Made by a program: the position numbers and the translations under genes. Shown one piece after another: positions 1 through 8,787 of a stretch of DNA of 20,021 nt; the first letter of the stretch is position 1, and every line of letters starts with the position of its first letter. The stretch covers positions 1 through 20,021 of the forward strand of contig BTWA01000062.1 of NCBI GenBank assembly GCA_045863295.1, in the 5' to 3' direction. This stretch comes from Candidatus Hydrogenedentota bacterium (GTDB taxonomy: Bacteria; Hydrogenedentota; Hydrogenedentia; Hydrogenedentales; SLHB01). The notes beneath the pieces are model-generated. The model made no database searches, was not told the origin of the DNA, and saw only the letters and a program-made list of their open reading frames with translations.

Positions 1-519
1 GGCGCATACCATTATCACGGCCTGCCGGCCGGGCTTATCAGTAGCGCACCGGCAAACCAGATGACCATGGTCGGCTATGCCGCCGACGGGTTTCCCATCT
101 ATGCGCAGTACGGACATACCGATCCCAAGGATTCCAAAAGCCCGTTGAAGGAAATGAAATCGTCCTATCGGGTGAAAAGCGGCATGCGTCCGAGTGGACC
201 CGGCGGCCCGTTCGACGGAACTTTCGTCGAGGACTACGAATACGTGGCGGGAAGCGGCGATCTCGACGAGTGCAATGGCCGCTTCGGCGTAACCCCGGAA
301 TATCCCGACGGTATCTACCACTACTACATCACGCACGAATTTCCATTCATCAGCCGGGCCTTCAAGGGTACGCCGGATCCGAGTTTCTTTCGCCGCGGAC
401 ATGGCCCCGGCGTGGGGCCGCGTTCCGGAGGTCCTGGGCCGCGCCGATTCCCGCAAGGCCAGAGGCACTTTCCACAACCACCGCGATACGGAACTTATCC
501 CCCGCCGCCGCCCAGGTGA
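1..519 (+). CDS. YHYH domain-containing protein, 3' part (5' end outside window)
   Basis: Frame 1 is open from base 1: GAYHYHGLP...VGYAADGFPIY...GDLDECNGRFGVTPEYPDGIYHYYIT..FPF, the YHYH family motifs. Ends in a Gly/Pro/Arg-rich tail; TGA at 517-519. Confidence 0.85.
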   Translation, partial: GAYHYHGLPAGLISSAPANQMTMVGYAADGFPIYAQYGHTDPKDSKSPLKEMKSSYRVKSGMRPSGPGGPFDGTFVEDYEYVAGSGDLDECNGRFGVTPEYPDGIYHYYITHEFPFISRAFKGTPDPSFFRRGHGPGVGPRSGGPGPRRFPQGQRHFPQPPRYGTYPPPPPR

Positions 520-877
520 TGAAAACGGTAGTTCCCATTGCCGCTCGTTGTAGTCAGGTCTCCTGACCGGCCACGCCACGTGACCAGCATGGTCTCATCC
601 TGCAGCAATCACCAGAGATCCTCGCGACCAGACTCCGTACAGGGTCGAAAGACGCATTCAGAACTGATAGTCTCTACCCATTAACAGGGCTGTGTTGCAC
701 TTCCAAGGCAATGAGGGTACGTTAAAAAACAAAACAAGGGTAAATCCTTGAAATTCATATTAAAAGCACTGTTCTGAAGCGATACATCAATCACTTCCGC
801 ATTCGATCCAAACGAGTTGAGGTAGATGCCCACTCAGAATGGTTTGCTTCCCTAGGGTTGTAATTCCGAGCCCGATG

Positions 878-894
878 TAACTACAATGTAGTTA
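878..894. promoter_or_regulatory. Inverted repeat TAACTACA-A-TGTAGTTA, probable antitoxin operator
   Basis: Perfect 8-bp arms with a 1-nt spacer, touching the brnT ATG at 894. This is the usual position for TA autoregulation. Confidence 0.6.
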
Positions 895-1181
895 TGAGCA
901 AGCTCCGCTTTACGTGGGATTCCAAGAAGGCTCTGAACAACGAGCGCAAGCACTGAATCTCATTCGAAGAAGCACGCTCCGTGTTTTATGACGAACATGC
1001 CGTGGAGTTCTATGACGACAAACATTCAGAGTGGGAAGACCGTTTCCTACTGCTTGGAATGAGCTCGCGACTGCGGCTGCTTATGATCTGCCACTGCTTT
1101 CGCGAATCCGGAGGGGTCATCCGTATTGTCTCCGCGCGCAAAGCAACCCAACGCGAATCCACCTACTATCGGAGAACATAA
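894..1181 (+). pseudogene. brnT: BrnT-family ribonuclease toxin interrupted by an in-frame TGA (954-956)
   Basis: ATG 894 reads MSKLRFTWDSKKALNNERKH*ISFEEARSVFYD...EDRFLLLG...IRIVSARKAT, in frame with the 981..1181 ORF. The family consensus at the stop is KHG(I/V)SFEEA, so GGA to TGA is the simplest explanation. Confidence 0.85.
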
Positions 1182-1182
1182 A

Positions 1183-1401
1183 ATGAAAGCCGAATACGAT
1201 CTATCTAAGATGAAGGCTCGGAAAAATCCATACGCCCGGAAACTCAAAAAACAAGTCACGCTGCGTCTGGACCCGGAAGTCTTGGACTATTTCAAGCAAA
1301 AATCAGCGGAAAGCGGCATCCCCTATCAAACCCTGATTAACCTCTACCTTCAGGACTGCCGTGCGACAGGCCGCAACCTCAAACTAAAGTGGGCGCCTTG
1401 A
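1183..1401 (+). CDS. brnA: BrnA-family antitoxin (ribbon-helix-helix type)
   Basis: MKAEYDLSKMKARKNPYA..LKKQVTLRLDPEVLDYFK....GIPYQTLINLYL. GGAGA RBS at 1171-1175; starts 1 nt after the toxin stop. Confidence 0.85.
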   Translation: MKAEYDLSKMKARKNPYARKLKKQVTLRLDPEVLDYFKQKSAESGIPYQTLINLYLQDCRATGRNLKLKWAP

Positions 1402-1525
1402 AGCAATCATGCGAAACTCCCGTTAATAACAAAGCATGGCTTTTCAAGCATGTATTCCCAAAGTGGGTACTTGGGAGCACGTTGAAATCGACGACAAACT
1501 GCCCCCAACGACGCAAGGAGGAATC

Positions 1526-3529
1526 ATGTACAAATCGCGATGCACGCTCCGGGCCTTGGCGTTCCTGGCATTCGCATGTGCGGCCGCGGCGCTCGGGCCG
1601 CGGGCATGGTGTTCCACACCGCTAATCCCGAGATCGGCATTGTTCAGCGAGCCGGACGTAACGGTGGTGCGCCTATCCCCCGACGGTGCATCCGCGGCCT
1701 ATATCGCCATGAACGACACCCATCCCGAATTACGCGTCAGAACTCTTGCGGACGCATCCGATGACCGCCGAGTCGACGAAGGCGAACCGGGCAGTGCGCA
1801 GAACCTTTGGTGGACGCACGAAGAAAATCCCAGTGTGATCGCTCAGCGGACTGTCCCCGATGGCACGCATGTGTTCCTGCATCGCCTGGACGATTCCGAG
1901 GCCATCGACCTGACGCCCATCGCAGGGGCGTCGGCGGCCCTCGCAAAAACCAGTCGCGCGCTTCCGGGTCGCGTCGTCGCCGAAATCAGCGACACGAAGT
2001 CGAACGCGCGCGAACTCTGGACCATCGATCTTGCTTCGAATGAGCGAACGCTGCTCGCCGACATGAAGGGCCTGTCGCGGATTCATCTTGACGATCAACT
2101 TCAGCCGCGCGTGGCGGAGCGGAACCGGTTGGATGGGAGCATAGAGTTGTCGCGTCGCACCGAATCGGGCTCCTGGGAGTCGTTCCGCACCATGGGGCCG
2201 GACCTTGCGCAAGTGCTAGGCGTAGTCGGACTACGCGGGAATGGCGAGTCGCTCTATGTCGTGGACAACGCCGGTCGCGATCGCTCGGCCTTGTTCGAAG
2301 TGAATGTGAGCACGGGCGAAGACCGACTCCTCGCAGAAGACCCCGACGCGGATATCCGCCCGGTCGCAATGCTGGATCAGGCGACGGGCGAAGCCCTTTC
2401 TGCTTCCGCGAACTTCGGCGCGCTGCGCCGATACCACCTTCGCAAGGACGTGAGCGATGGGTTTTCGTTTCTGCAACGCGCGTTGAACTGCGACGTTGGC
2501 GTGAGCGATCAGAGCGCGGACGGGCGGACCTGGCTCGTCGTGCCCATGGACGGCGGCCCAACACGGTACTTCGTTTACCAGCGCGACAGCGAGAAGGTGG
2601 CTCCCCTAGTGCCCATGTACAAATCCCTGGACGGCCACGCATTTGGACGCCGCGTGAACCGGGTCGTCGAAGTCCGGGATGGCATGCGATTCCCTGTTCA
2701 CGTCTATCTGCCGCCTTCGGAAAAGGGCGACCTGCCCGCGAAGCCCCTCCCCACGATGATCTACGTGCACGGTGGACCGAGTGTCGCGTACCCCTGGGAT
2801 TCGTGGATCACGAATCGCAACCTTCAATTGCTTGCCGATCGCGGGTATGCGGTCGTTCGCGTGGAATTCCGCGGCGCGGGCGGCATGGGCAAGAAGGTGT
2901 GGGAAGCGGGCGCGTTCGAGTGGGGCGGCGCGGCGTACCATGATGTGCTCGACATTACCGTCTGGGCCGTTCGCGAAAAGATCGCCGACCACGATCGCAT
3001 CGGCATCTTTGGCTGGTCCTACGGCGGCTACATGGCGATGCACGCACTCACCCAACCCGACAATCCCTACGCCTGCGGCATTTCAATGTACGGCCCCTCC
3101 GACCTCGGCGTGCTGCTCGCACAACACAAACTCTTCTTCCGCAAGCGCATCGCCGATGAACGCACCCCCGAGGGAACCCGCATCCTTCACGATCAATCCC
3201 CCATTAACCACGTCCAAAACCTGTCCGCGCCCCTGCTCATGACCAATGGCGGCGAAGACCGCATCGTCCCGCACAACACCCAGGCCGATCCCTTCGTCGA
3301 AAAGGCGAAAGCCGCCGGAGCCCCGCTGACCTACCTCTACTATCCCGACGAGCCGCACGACTATCGCCGGGCGGAAAATTGGATTTCCTTCTGGGCAGTC
3401 GCCGAAAAACTCCTCGCCGAACACCTCGGCGGACAATGCGAACCCTACGGCAACGACCTGCGCGGAGTAACATCAATGGAAGTAGTCGCGGGCGAGCAAT
3501 TCGTACCGGGGCTGGCGGAAGCGCTATAG
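1526..3529 (+). CDS. Secreted S9 family (prolyl oligopeptidase/acylaminoacyl peptidase-like) serine peptidase
   Basis: AAGGAGGA RBS before ATG 1526, then a signal peptide. Contains VHGGP, the GWSYGG nucleophile elbow, GGEDRIV (Asp) and DEPH (His), with a propeller-like N-terminal region. Confidence 0.9.
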   Translation: MYKSRCTLRALAFLAFACAAAALGPRAWCSTPLIPRSALFSEPDVTVVRLSPDGASAAYIAMNDTHPELRVRTLADASDDRRVDEGEPGSAQNLWWTHEENPSVIAQRTVPDGTHVFLHRLDDSEAIDLTPIAGASAALAKTSRALPGRVVAEISDTKSNARELWTIDLASNERTLLADMKGLSRIHLDDQLQPRVAERNRLDGSIELSRRTESGSWESFRTMGPDLAQVLGVVGLRGNGESLYVVDNAGRDRSALFEVNVSTGEDRLLAEDPDADIRPVAMLDQATGEALSASANFGALRRYHLRKDVSDGFSFLQRALNCDVGVSDQSADGRTWLVVPMDGGPTRYFVYQRDSEKVAPLVPMYKSLDGHAFGRRVNRVVEVRDGMRFPVHVYLPPSEKGDLPAKPLPTMIYVHGGPSVAYPWDSWITNRNLQLLADRGYAVVRVEFRGAGGMGKKVWEAGAFEWGGAAYHDVLDITVWAVREKIADHDRIGIFGWSYGGYMAMHALTQPDNPYACGISMYGPSDLGVLLAQHKLFFRKRIADERTPEGTRILHDQSPINHVQNLSAPLLMTNGGEDRIVPHNTQADPFVEKAKAAGAPLTYLYYPDEPHDYRRAENWISFWAVAEKLLAEHLGGQCEPYGNDLRGVTSMEVVAGEQFVPGLAEAL

Positions 3530-3563
3530 CCGTTCAAGGTTGCATACACCACAAGCCACCTAT

Positions 3564-3617
3564 TTGGACTGCGGTGGAGAAGCTGACAAGCGTAGACACC
3601 GCTTTGGCTGTCTACGC
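3564..3617. repeat. REP-like intergenic palindromic element
   Basis: GCGTAGACA (3590-3598) and TGTCTACGC (3609-3617) form a perfect 9-bp inverted repeat, overlapping an alternative GCGGTG (3571-3576)/CACCGC (3597-3602) pairing. There is no U-tract. Confidence 0.4.
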
Positions 3618-3726
3618 CAAAAACATCCAACGTGGCGTCCACCCACGTCACGCACGGCGACCGGCCGGTCTCCTCTAGATGTGTTTTAGTACAGACTCGT
3701 ACGATGTGCGCGGCGGGAACTATAAA

Positions 3727-3754
3727 CTCGTTCCCTAGCTCCCGCTTGGGAACG
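3727..3754. repeat. REP-like hairpin CTCGTTCCC-TAGCTCCCGCTT-GGGAACG
   Basis: CGTTCCC/GGGAACG 7-bp arms with an inner AGC/GCT pairing. It resembles dispersed CGTTCCC..GGGAACG intergenic repeats I recall from other bacteria. Confidence 0.5.
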
Positions 3755-3800
3755 CGCTCTTGAAAAGCTCTGCTTTGATCTTAGGAAAGCCCACCCTAAG

Positions 3801-3962
3801 ATGCCGAACATTACCCCGGAAACACAAGTGGGATTTGAACCAGCGAGCAAGAAACACATGGGTTCGAGCATTGACGATTTCCTTAAGGAGGAAGGCATCT
3901 TCGAAGAGACGCAGGCGCAGGCGATCAAGGAAGTCGTCGCGCGGCAACTCGCCGAGGGTTAG
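3801..3962 (+). pseudogene. Truncated XRE/HigA-like antitoxin N-terminus
   Basis: ...SKKHMGSSIDDFLKEEGIFEETQAQAIKEVVARQLAEG* matches the H(I/M)GSSFDDFL.EEG...A.K.V.AWQL N-terminus of a family of HTH antitoxins. It stops at TAG 3960-3962 before the HTH, at the edge of the AT-rich cassette. Confidence 0.65.
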
Positions 3963-4022
3963 AAAAAGGTGGCCCTCCCCTATTTACTCTATTTACTCCC
4001 CTCTCAGTTTATCCCCGGTTTA

Positions 4023-6314
4023 TCACTGTTTATCCTCCTCAGCGTATTGAGCTAACCAAATGGAAGCCTCCTCCGGATAAGTCTCAGCAATACCCTTTTT
4101 CATGTCTTCATAAGCTATAGCATTCATTCGCCACAGGTTAATCCATATGGCGGCATCTACAGGGAGATCGGTATGATACCACACCCGCCTGTCACTCGGC
4201 TCAAGTAATAGCACGTATCGAACCGCTGTAGGATCAAAACGTTCCCTCTGGGATTGTATTATTTTGAGAGCGTTGTCCAAGGATTCCCCAGCACCCTTGG
4301 GATTCCCTTGAAGATACTGACCAATGGCTTTGTTTAGTTCGTATAGTGGTTCATATTCTAACTCCAAAGCCAATGTAAGATTTACGATTGCCTCTTCGAT
4401 TTGTCCAAGTAAAATCTGGCAAAATCCCAAATTGTTTCGAATGCTTGACATTTCTTTCTTTTTAAGCATCTCCTCGAAATCAGTTGCGCAACCTTGTATG
4501 TCACCACCTACGAATTTTGCGACTGCGCGATCCATATCCACAGTAGCGCCAATCACTCGTATGATGGTCGACCCTGTAATTTGGCCAATTTCCGCCAACT
4601 CCGATTTCGTTGGAACCTCCCATCGGACAAAATCCTCTATCTCGAGCTCAATATTACTTGCCGCAAGCACAGATTTATGCTTAACAACCCAGTTTTGGAT
4701 TCTCTCCGCGCAAATTTCATCACCAAGTCGCTCTATGTATCTCATGCGACAGCTCTGACGCCCGGCGGGAGTCTCCATATGGAGCGTAACGTCCGCAGCA
4801 TGTTTTGCGTCAACATGTAGCGAGATTACCACAAGACTTGTGATCTCACGAACACCCTCATCTTCCTTTTTGAGCGGCACCCCAGAACGGAATAAATCGA
4901 TAGCCTGTCTAGATTTGTCCTCGACTTGCAGTGGGAGCGTTGCTAGGGAGTTAATGTCTTTTGCAATTGCTCCGGTAACAATTCTCCGCAATTGTTCGCC
5001 AAACGAAGCATCATCCCAAGCCCATCGATTACTTCGTTCAACCTCTACGAAGGATTTCCAAAATCCAGACGTCAACGGAGAGCCAACGATATCAAGCCGC
5101 TCCTCAGTTTCCGTAAGCCCCGCTTCATATAATTCATGATAACCTTCCGTCAGATCGGACGCTATTTTTTCGCGTTCGTTTTGCGAAAGGACTGCTCCAC
5201 TTCTAAGTTCCCGGGAGAGAATGGAGACACAAATATTTTCCTCTCGAGTAAGTTTCCTTCTCGATACCCACTTCGACTCAAAAAGCAATTTATCTGGGAG
5301 ACGCTCGACTGCGTTCAAGACTTTGTCGGTATTAGCAGGAGAATTTGTTCGATACTCTCGCAAAACCTCACGGAATACGCGGGGCGCAAGGGCCATCTTG
5401 CTAGAAGATCCATTTTCAACACTTCGATACATATGATGACAATATAATTGTATTTCGTCAGGCGCCCCGCCACAGAGATCATGAAGCTCTTCAATACTAT
5501 TCATTTGCGGCGCAATAGCCTCACGTACTTTCTCTGAAAGGGCGTCGTAAACGAGGTCGAAAGTATCAGTCCAGCTAGTAAAGGGTTTTACTTCGACGCG
5601 GTGAAATTGGCGTGGTATCGGAGAAAAAACCTCCGAAATCGCGGGAAATACCGCATCCGTACCAGCCAGAATAAGTGAACAACTATCAACTACTTGGAAG
5701 ATGTTACGAAACATCTGTAGGAGCGAAACATTCTTTCCCAAGCAGTCCGCTTCGTCAATCAAAAGAGCGATGCCGAAATATTCTCTACGTTTGAGTTCTG
5801 CTAGACAGGCTTGAAAATCATTCACTACCAGCGAGTCAGGACATTCAAAGCCCTCGATCGGTCCTTGGTGGCAGGAGAATACATATGGCACCTGCAAAAC
5901 CGCATGCTTCAGACTTCCTGGCTGACGAGCATGTAGCATTCTCAGAATTTCGGAATAGATACCGTCCTCGACACCTCCCCAACATCCAACGCGAACCATT
6001 GACAAAGCTAGCGTTTGGTATAGATCGTGCCAAAATCTGCCTTGAGAATTGGCCTTAAGTTCATTCATATCCAATCGAACAGGCAACAATTTCAATTCCA
6101 CGGCGATTGACTCTGCGCCATTCAGGAGACTTGTTTTACCAACGCCTCGTTGACCTATTAGTGCAAGGTGAGGACTTTGACCTGCGACCGTCAAGTTTAA
6201 ATAATATTGAATTGTCTTAAGTTCGACCGCCCTTCCAGCTAGTTCCTCGCGTCTCCTAATGGGAGAGCGCTTAAATGGATTCGGAGGAAAATTGGTCTTT
6301 ATTTGTGTCTTCAC
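4023..6314 (-). CDS. STAND-class P-loop NTPase (AAA_16-like) with C-terminal TPR repeats
   Basis: N-terminal NPF and LAGRAVEL (hhGRxxE), Walker A GQRGVGKTS, Walker B IALLIDEAD, GxP motif LCGGAP, and TPR-like NNLGFCQILLGQIEEAIVNLTLAL and LNKAIGQYLQGNPKGAGESLDNAL. GTG start overlaps the upstream TGA (GTGA) and is preceded by GAAAGGTGA. Confidence 0.85.
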   Translation of the reverse strand: MKTQIKTNFPPNPFKRSPIRRREELAGRAVELKTIQYYLNLTVAGQSPHLALIGQRGVGKTSLLNGAESIAVELKLLPVRLDMNELKANSQGRFWHDLYQTLALSMVRVGCWGGVEDGIYSEILRMLHARQPGSLKHAVLQVPYVFSCHQGPIEGFECPDSLVVNDFQACLAELKRREYFGIALLIDEADCLGKNVSLLQMFRNIFQVVDSCSLILAGTDAVFPAISEVFSPIPRQFHRVEVKPFTSWTDTFDLVYDALSEKVREAIAPQMNSIEELHDLCGGAPDEIQLYCHHMYRSVENGSSSKMALAPRVFREVLREYRTNSPANTDKVLNAVERLPDKLLFESKWVSRRKLTREENICVSILSRELRSGAVLSQNEREKIASDLTEGYHELYEAGLTETEERLDIVGSPLTSGFWKSFVEVERSNRWAWDDASFGEQLRRIVTGAIAKDINSLATLPLQVEDKSRQAIDLFRSGVPLKKEDEGVREITSLVVISLHVDAKHAADVTLHMETPAGRQSCRMRYIERLGDEICAERIQNWVVKHKSVLAASNIELEIEDFVRWEVPTKSELAEIGQITGSTIIRVIGATVDMDRAVAKFVGGDIQGCATDFEEMLKKKEMSSIRNNLGFCQILLGQIEEAIVNLTLALELEYEPLYELNKAIGQYLQGNPKGAGESLDNALKIIQSQRERFDPTAVRYVLLLEPSDRRVWYHTDLPVDAAIWINLWRMNAIAYEDMKKGIAETYPEEASIWLAQYAEEDKQ

Positions 6315-7084
6315 AAAGTCACCTTTCTCAATTCGATTACGGCTTGCTGGACACGTTCTGCTAGGCTATTGTCTTCGCAAAAGTGCAGTCGACGTCCTGC
6401 AGAGCCAACGCCAGTAGGAAGTGCATTGTAGATCTTGAGCAATGACACTGCTCGGTCAACGGTATTGCGTTCAAAACCGGCTAACACGTCATTGGCCCAC
6501 CAATATTGTATTACTGCCGTTTCATAGATATCGGGAATCTCTACGAAATCCGGGATGCCTGGTAAAAGACAAACAATTACCTCAAATGCTTGTATTAGCC
6601 CGTCTGCGACTTCGTGTTGAGTAATTCCTGTATCAGGTCTAGCCAGCAATCTTGTCAATTCACTTGCACATAGTGCTGTTTCAAGTTGGGCGTAGAGAGT
6701 TTCAATGGTTTTAAGGCCGACGGATCCTACCGGCCTTGAATGGCCGACTGCGTTCCGAGGAGGTAGGATGTTTTCTAATTGCTTCAGAAATGCCTCGCCA
6801 CCTAACTTCTGAATCAATTCTTGCGCTGGCTTTTGCCTTAATAACGTAAGGAGTTCGCCAAAAGTAAGGTAATATAGTGGTCCTAAACGCAGAAAGTTGA
6901 ACTGCGGGCGAGCTTCCTCCCTTTGAGAATCTTTGACCTTCTTGAGGAGCTCTCCCGGCAGGTTTTTTCGCCAGCCAACTCCATATTTAGACTCAAAGGC
7001 GATCTTCAAGCACTCGCGCATTGCTATCTCAATGCGAAGCAGTAGTCTATACGCCTGCTCATTTTCGTGCTCAAATGAAACCAT
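6311..7084 (-). CDS. Swt1-like HEPN domain protein (putative RNase)
   Basis: AYRLLLRIEIAMRECL....YGVGW...YLTFGEL...RNAVGHSR: intact Rx4H motif in a Swt1/Abi2-like helical pattern, followed by an unrecognised helical C-terminal half. Confidence 0.8.
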   Translation of the reverse strand: MVSFEHENEQAYRLLLRIEIAMRECLKIAFESKYGVGWRKNLPGELLKKVKDSQREEARPQFNFLRLGPLYYLTFGELLTLLRQKPAQELIQKLGGEAFLKQLENILPPRNAVGHSRPVGSVGLKTIETLYAQLETALCASELTRLLARPDTGITQHEVADGLIQAFEVIVCLLPGIPDFVEIPDIYETAVIQYWWANDVLAGFERNTVDRAVSLLKIYNALPTGVGSAGRRLHFCEDNSLAERVQQAVIELRKVTL

Positions 7085-7166
7085 AATTGACCGTTAACGC
7101 ACCTGCGTGTTTATTTTTGTCAAGCCTAAACATCGCCGCCGGACAAAAAGAGTGACTAGCCCCTCA

Positions 7167-7204
7167 ATTGTAGAATAGCACAGAAAGCGCTCGCGTCGCT
7201 TTCT
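7167..7204 (-). promoter_or_regulatory. Candidate promoter and operator for the HEPN-STAND operon
   Basis: On the minus strand, TGcTATTCT (7180-7172, extended -10-like) overlaps TACAAT (7172-7167). Directly upstream lies the inverted repeat AGAAAGCG-N7-CGCTTTCT (7182-7204). Confidence 0.35.
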
Positions 7205-7617
7205 CCCGTGGGATGAGCCATGGATCGGTAGGTCGAGTGGGCGTATTATCACATTAAGCCCGAGTCGAGATTCTCACGACACAATGTTGCGGGGCGGCGA
7301 GCAGTCGCCAGCACAAGTGATTCGACCCGGTGAGAATGTCGTAGCGCAAATACACCGCTCCTGTGTCGAAAACGACGGGGCTCAACGAGGGTGAAGTTGC
7401 GGCGTGACGCGATTCGGAGCGCTGTCTTGCCGCCGCCCACCATCAGCGGATCCGAACAGCATGACTCACTACGTTAGTTTCTCTTGATGCGCGGTACACC
7501 GCATATGCTGAGGTCGGCACTCTTGGAAGGCACAGGTTTAGGGAAGAGAATTCCAATGCACGAGAGCGGACGCGCGATGTTCACGGATCGCATCCTTCCT
7601 GCGGCGTGCCGCTAAGG

Positions 7618-8787
7618 ATGGGCGTGCGCACAACACGCGTGATCCATTGGCTCCACAAGTGGACAGGGCTGATCTCCGGTATCAACGTACTCATTCTCAG
7701 CGTGACGGGGTCGTATCTCGTCTTCGATGTGGATATCAATCGTGCCTTCGCAGCGCCGAAGGGGGCTGTGGTGCTGACGATTGATCCGCATGGGGCGACG
7801 CCGTATCAGACGGCGATTGACGGTATCGTGGCGCTGCACCCGAATGTAAAGCCTACGATGCTTTACCGCTCGAAGCACGAAGACAATAGTTACGATTTCG
7901 GCTTCGCGGGGGGCGAAGGGGCGGGGGCCTATCGACTGAATATGGTGACGGGCGAGGTGTATCCGGTTACCGCCGGGAAGGCCGCCGGATTCAATCGCTT
8001 TATTTTTATGTTGCACGATAATTTGTTTCTAGGGAAAACAGGGTCGATATTCCTCGGCGTGGTGGGCATTCTCTTTTTGGTTTCCACGGTGACGGGGATC
8101 TTCATCTATGGCCCCTTCATGAAACCGGCGCTGTCCGGGGTCTTGCGGTGGGATCGCGGCGCACGGCATTACACCGCCGAGTTGCACAAAATGCTCGGGT
8201 GCCTAAGCCTGGCGTTCAACGTGATCATTGGCGTCACAGGGACTGTGCTGACCCTGGCGATCATTGGTACGCGGGCGTGGTTTGGGACGGCGTTGTTGCA
8301 TGCGGCGGAGGGCGGCGCAGCGCTGCCCGCGGGCGCGCCGCTGCAAGCGGTGGACACGGTGATACAGCGTGGGGCGGCGATGCAACCCGGGCGCACGTTT
8401 TTCACCGTCACCTACCCGAGTTCGTTGCAGGGGCCGAACTTTTACTTTTGCGGCTATAATAAAAATGATTCCATCACGCGGGGCATCCCAGCGCCCATCC
8501 TGGTTCCGGTGACGCCGGGGGGCGATGTTCGGATCGTGCCGGTGCCGCTTTGGGTGAAAGCGACGTACTTGTGCATCCCCCTTCACTTTGGCGATTTTGC
8601 GGGATGGGGCATGAAAATCGTCTATTGCTTTTTCGGCCTGAGCTCCGGCGTCCTCAGTATTAGCGGGGCCATACTGAGCGTCATGGGATGGACCAAGCGC
8701 TGGCGCGTAGGCCGCCGCATGCGCCGCCGCGCGCGGAAGGGCCGGCCATTGGGATTAAGCGCCAAGACGGAAGGGCAGGAAGCATGA
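7618..8787 (+). CDS. PepSY-associated TM helix domain protein (FoxB/PiuB-like membrane protein)
   Basis: WLHKWTGL..G......SVTGS, MLHDNLFLG, ELHKMLG and PLHFGDFAG: four conserved His in TM helices. The start is uncertain (GTG 7606, ATG 7618, or GTG 7624 after AAGGA). Confidence 0.85.
   Translation: MGVRTTRVIHWLHKWTGLISGINVLILSVTGSYLVFDVDINRAFAAPKGAVVLTIDPHGATPYQTAIDGIVALHPNVKPTMLYRSKHEDNSYDFGFAGGEGAGAYRLNMVTGEVYPVTAGKAAGFNRFIFMLHDNLFLGKTGSIFLGVVGILFLVSTVTGIFIYGPFMKPALSGVLRWDRGARHYTAELHKMLGCLSLAFNVIIGVTGTVLTLAIIGTRAWFGTALLHAAEGGAALPAGAPLQAVDTVIQRGAAMQPGRTFFTVTYPSSLQGPNFYFCGYNKNDSITRGIPAPILVPVTPGGDVRIVPVPLWVKATYLCIPLHFGDFAGWGMKIVYCFFGLSSGVLSISGAILSVMGWTKRWRVGRRMRRRARKGRPLGLSAKTEGQEA

Noticed and set aside
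687..703. GGGCTGTGTTGCACTTC, also seen as GAGCCGTGTTGCACTTC at 18596-18612, looks like an IS end
   Set aside because: A 12-bp exact match is expected by chance in 20 kb. The copies are direct rather than inverted and no matching transposase is present.
954..956. TGA as selenocysteine or genetic code 25 glycine
   Set aside because: The position is a conserved Gly rather than Cys, and many neighbouring genes end at TGA at their expected C-termini.
4007..4024. GTTTATCCCCGG resembles the start of a type I-E CRISPR repeat
   Set aside because: Only a partial single copy; no repeat-spacer periodicity and no cas genes.
3958..7097. Integron cassette interpretation (GTTAGAA at the left junction; GTTAAC just before the HEPN start)
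   Set aside because: Neither fits GTTRRRY fully, no attC hairpin with paired R and L boxes was found, and there is no integrase in the window.
7118..7123. Minus-strand TTGACA upstream of the HEPN gene
   Set aside because: No acceptable -10 hexamer at 16-18 bp spacing.
7249..7443. Minus-strand ORF containing RRNFTLVE, like a prepilin N-terminal motif
   Set aside because: It lacks the Gly before Phe and the following hydrophobic helix; probably spurious.
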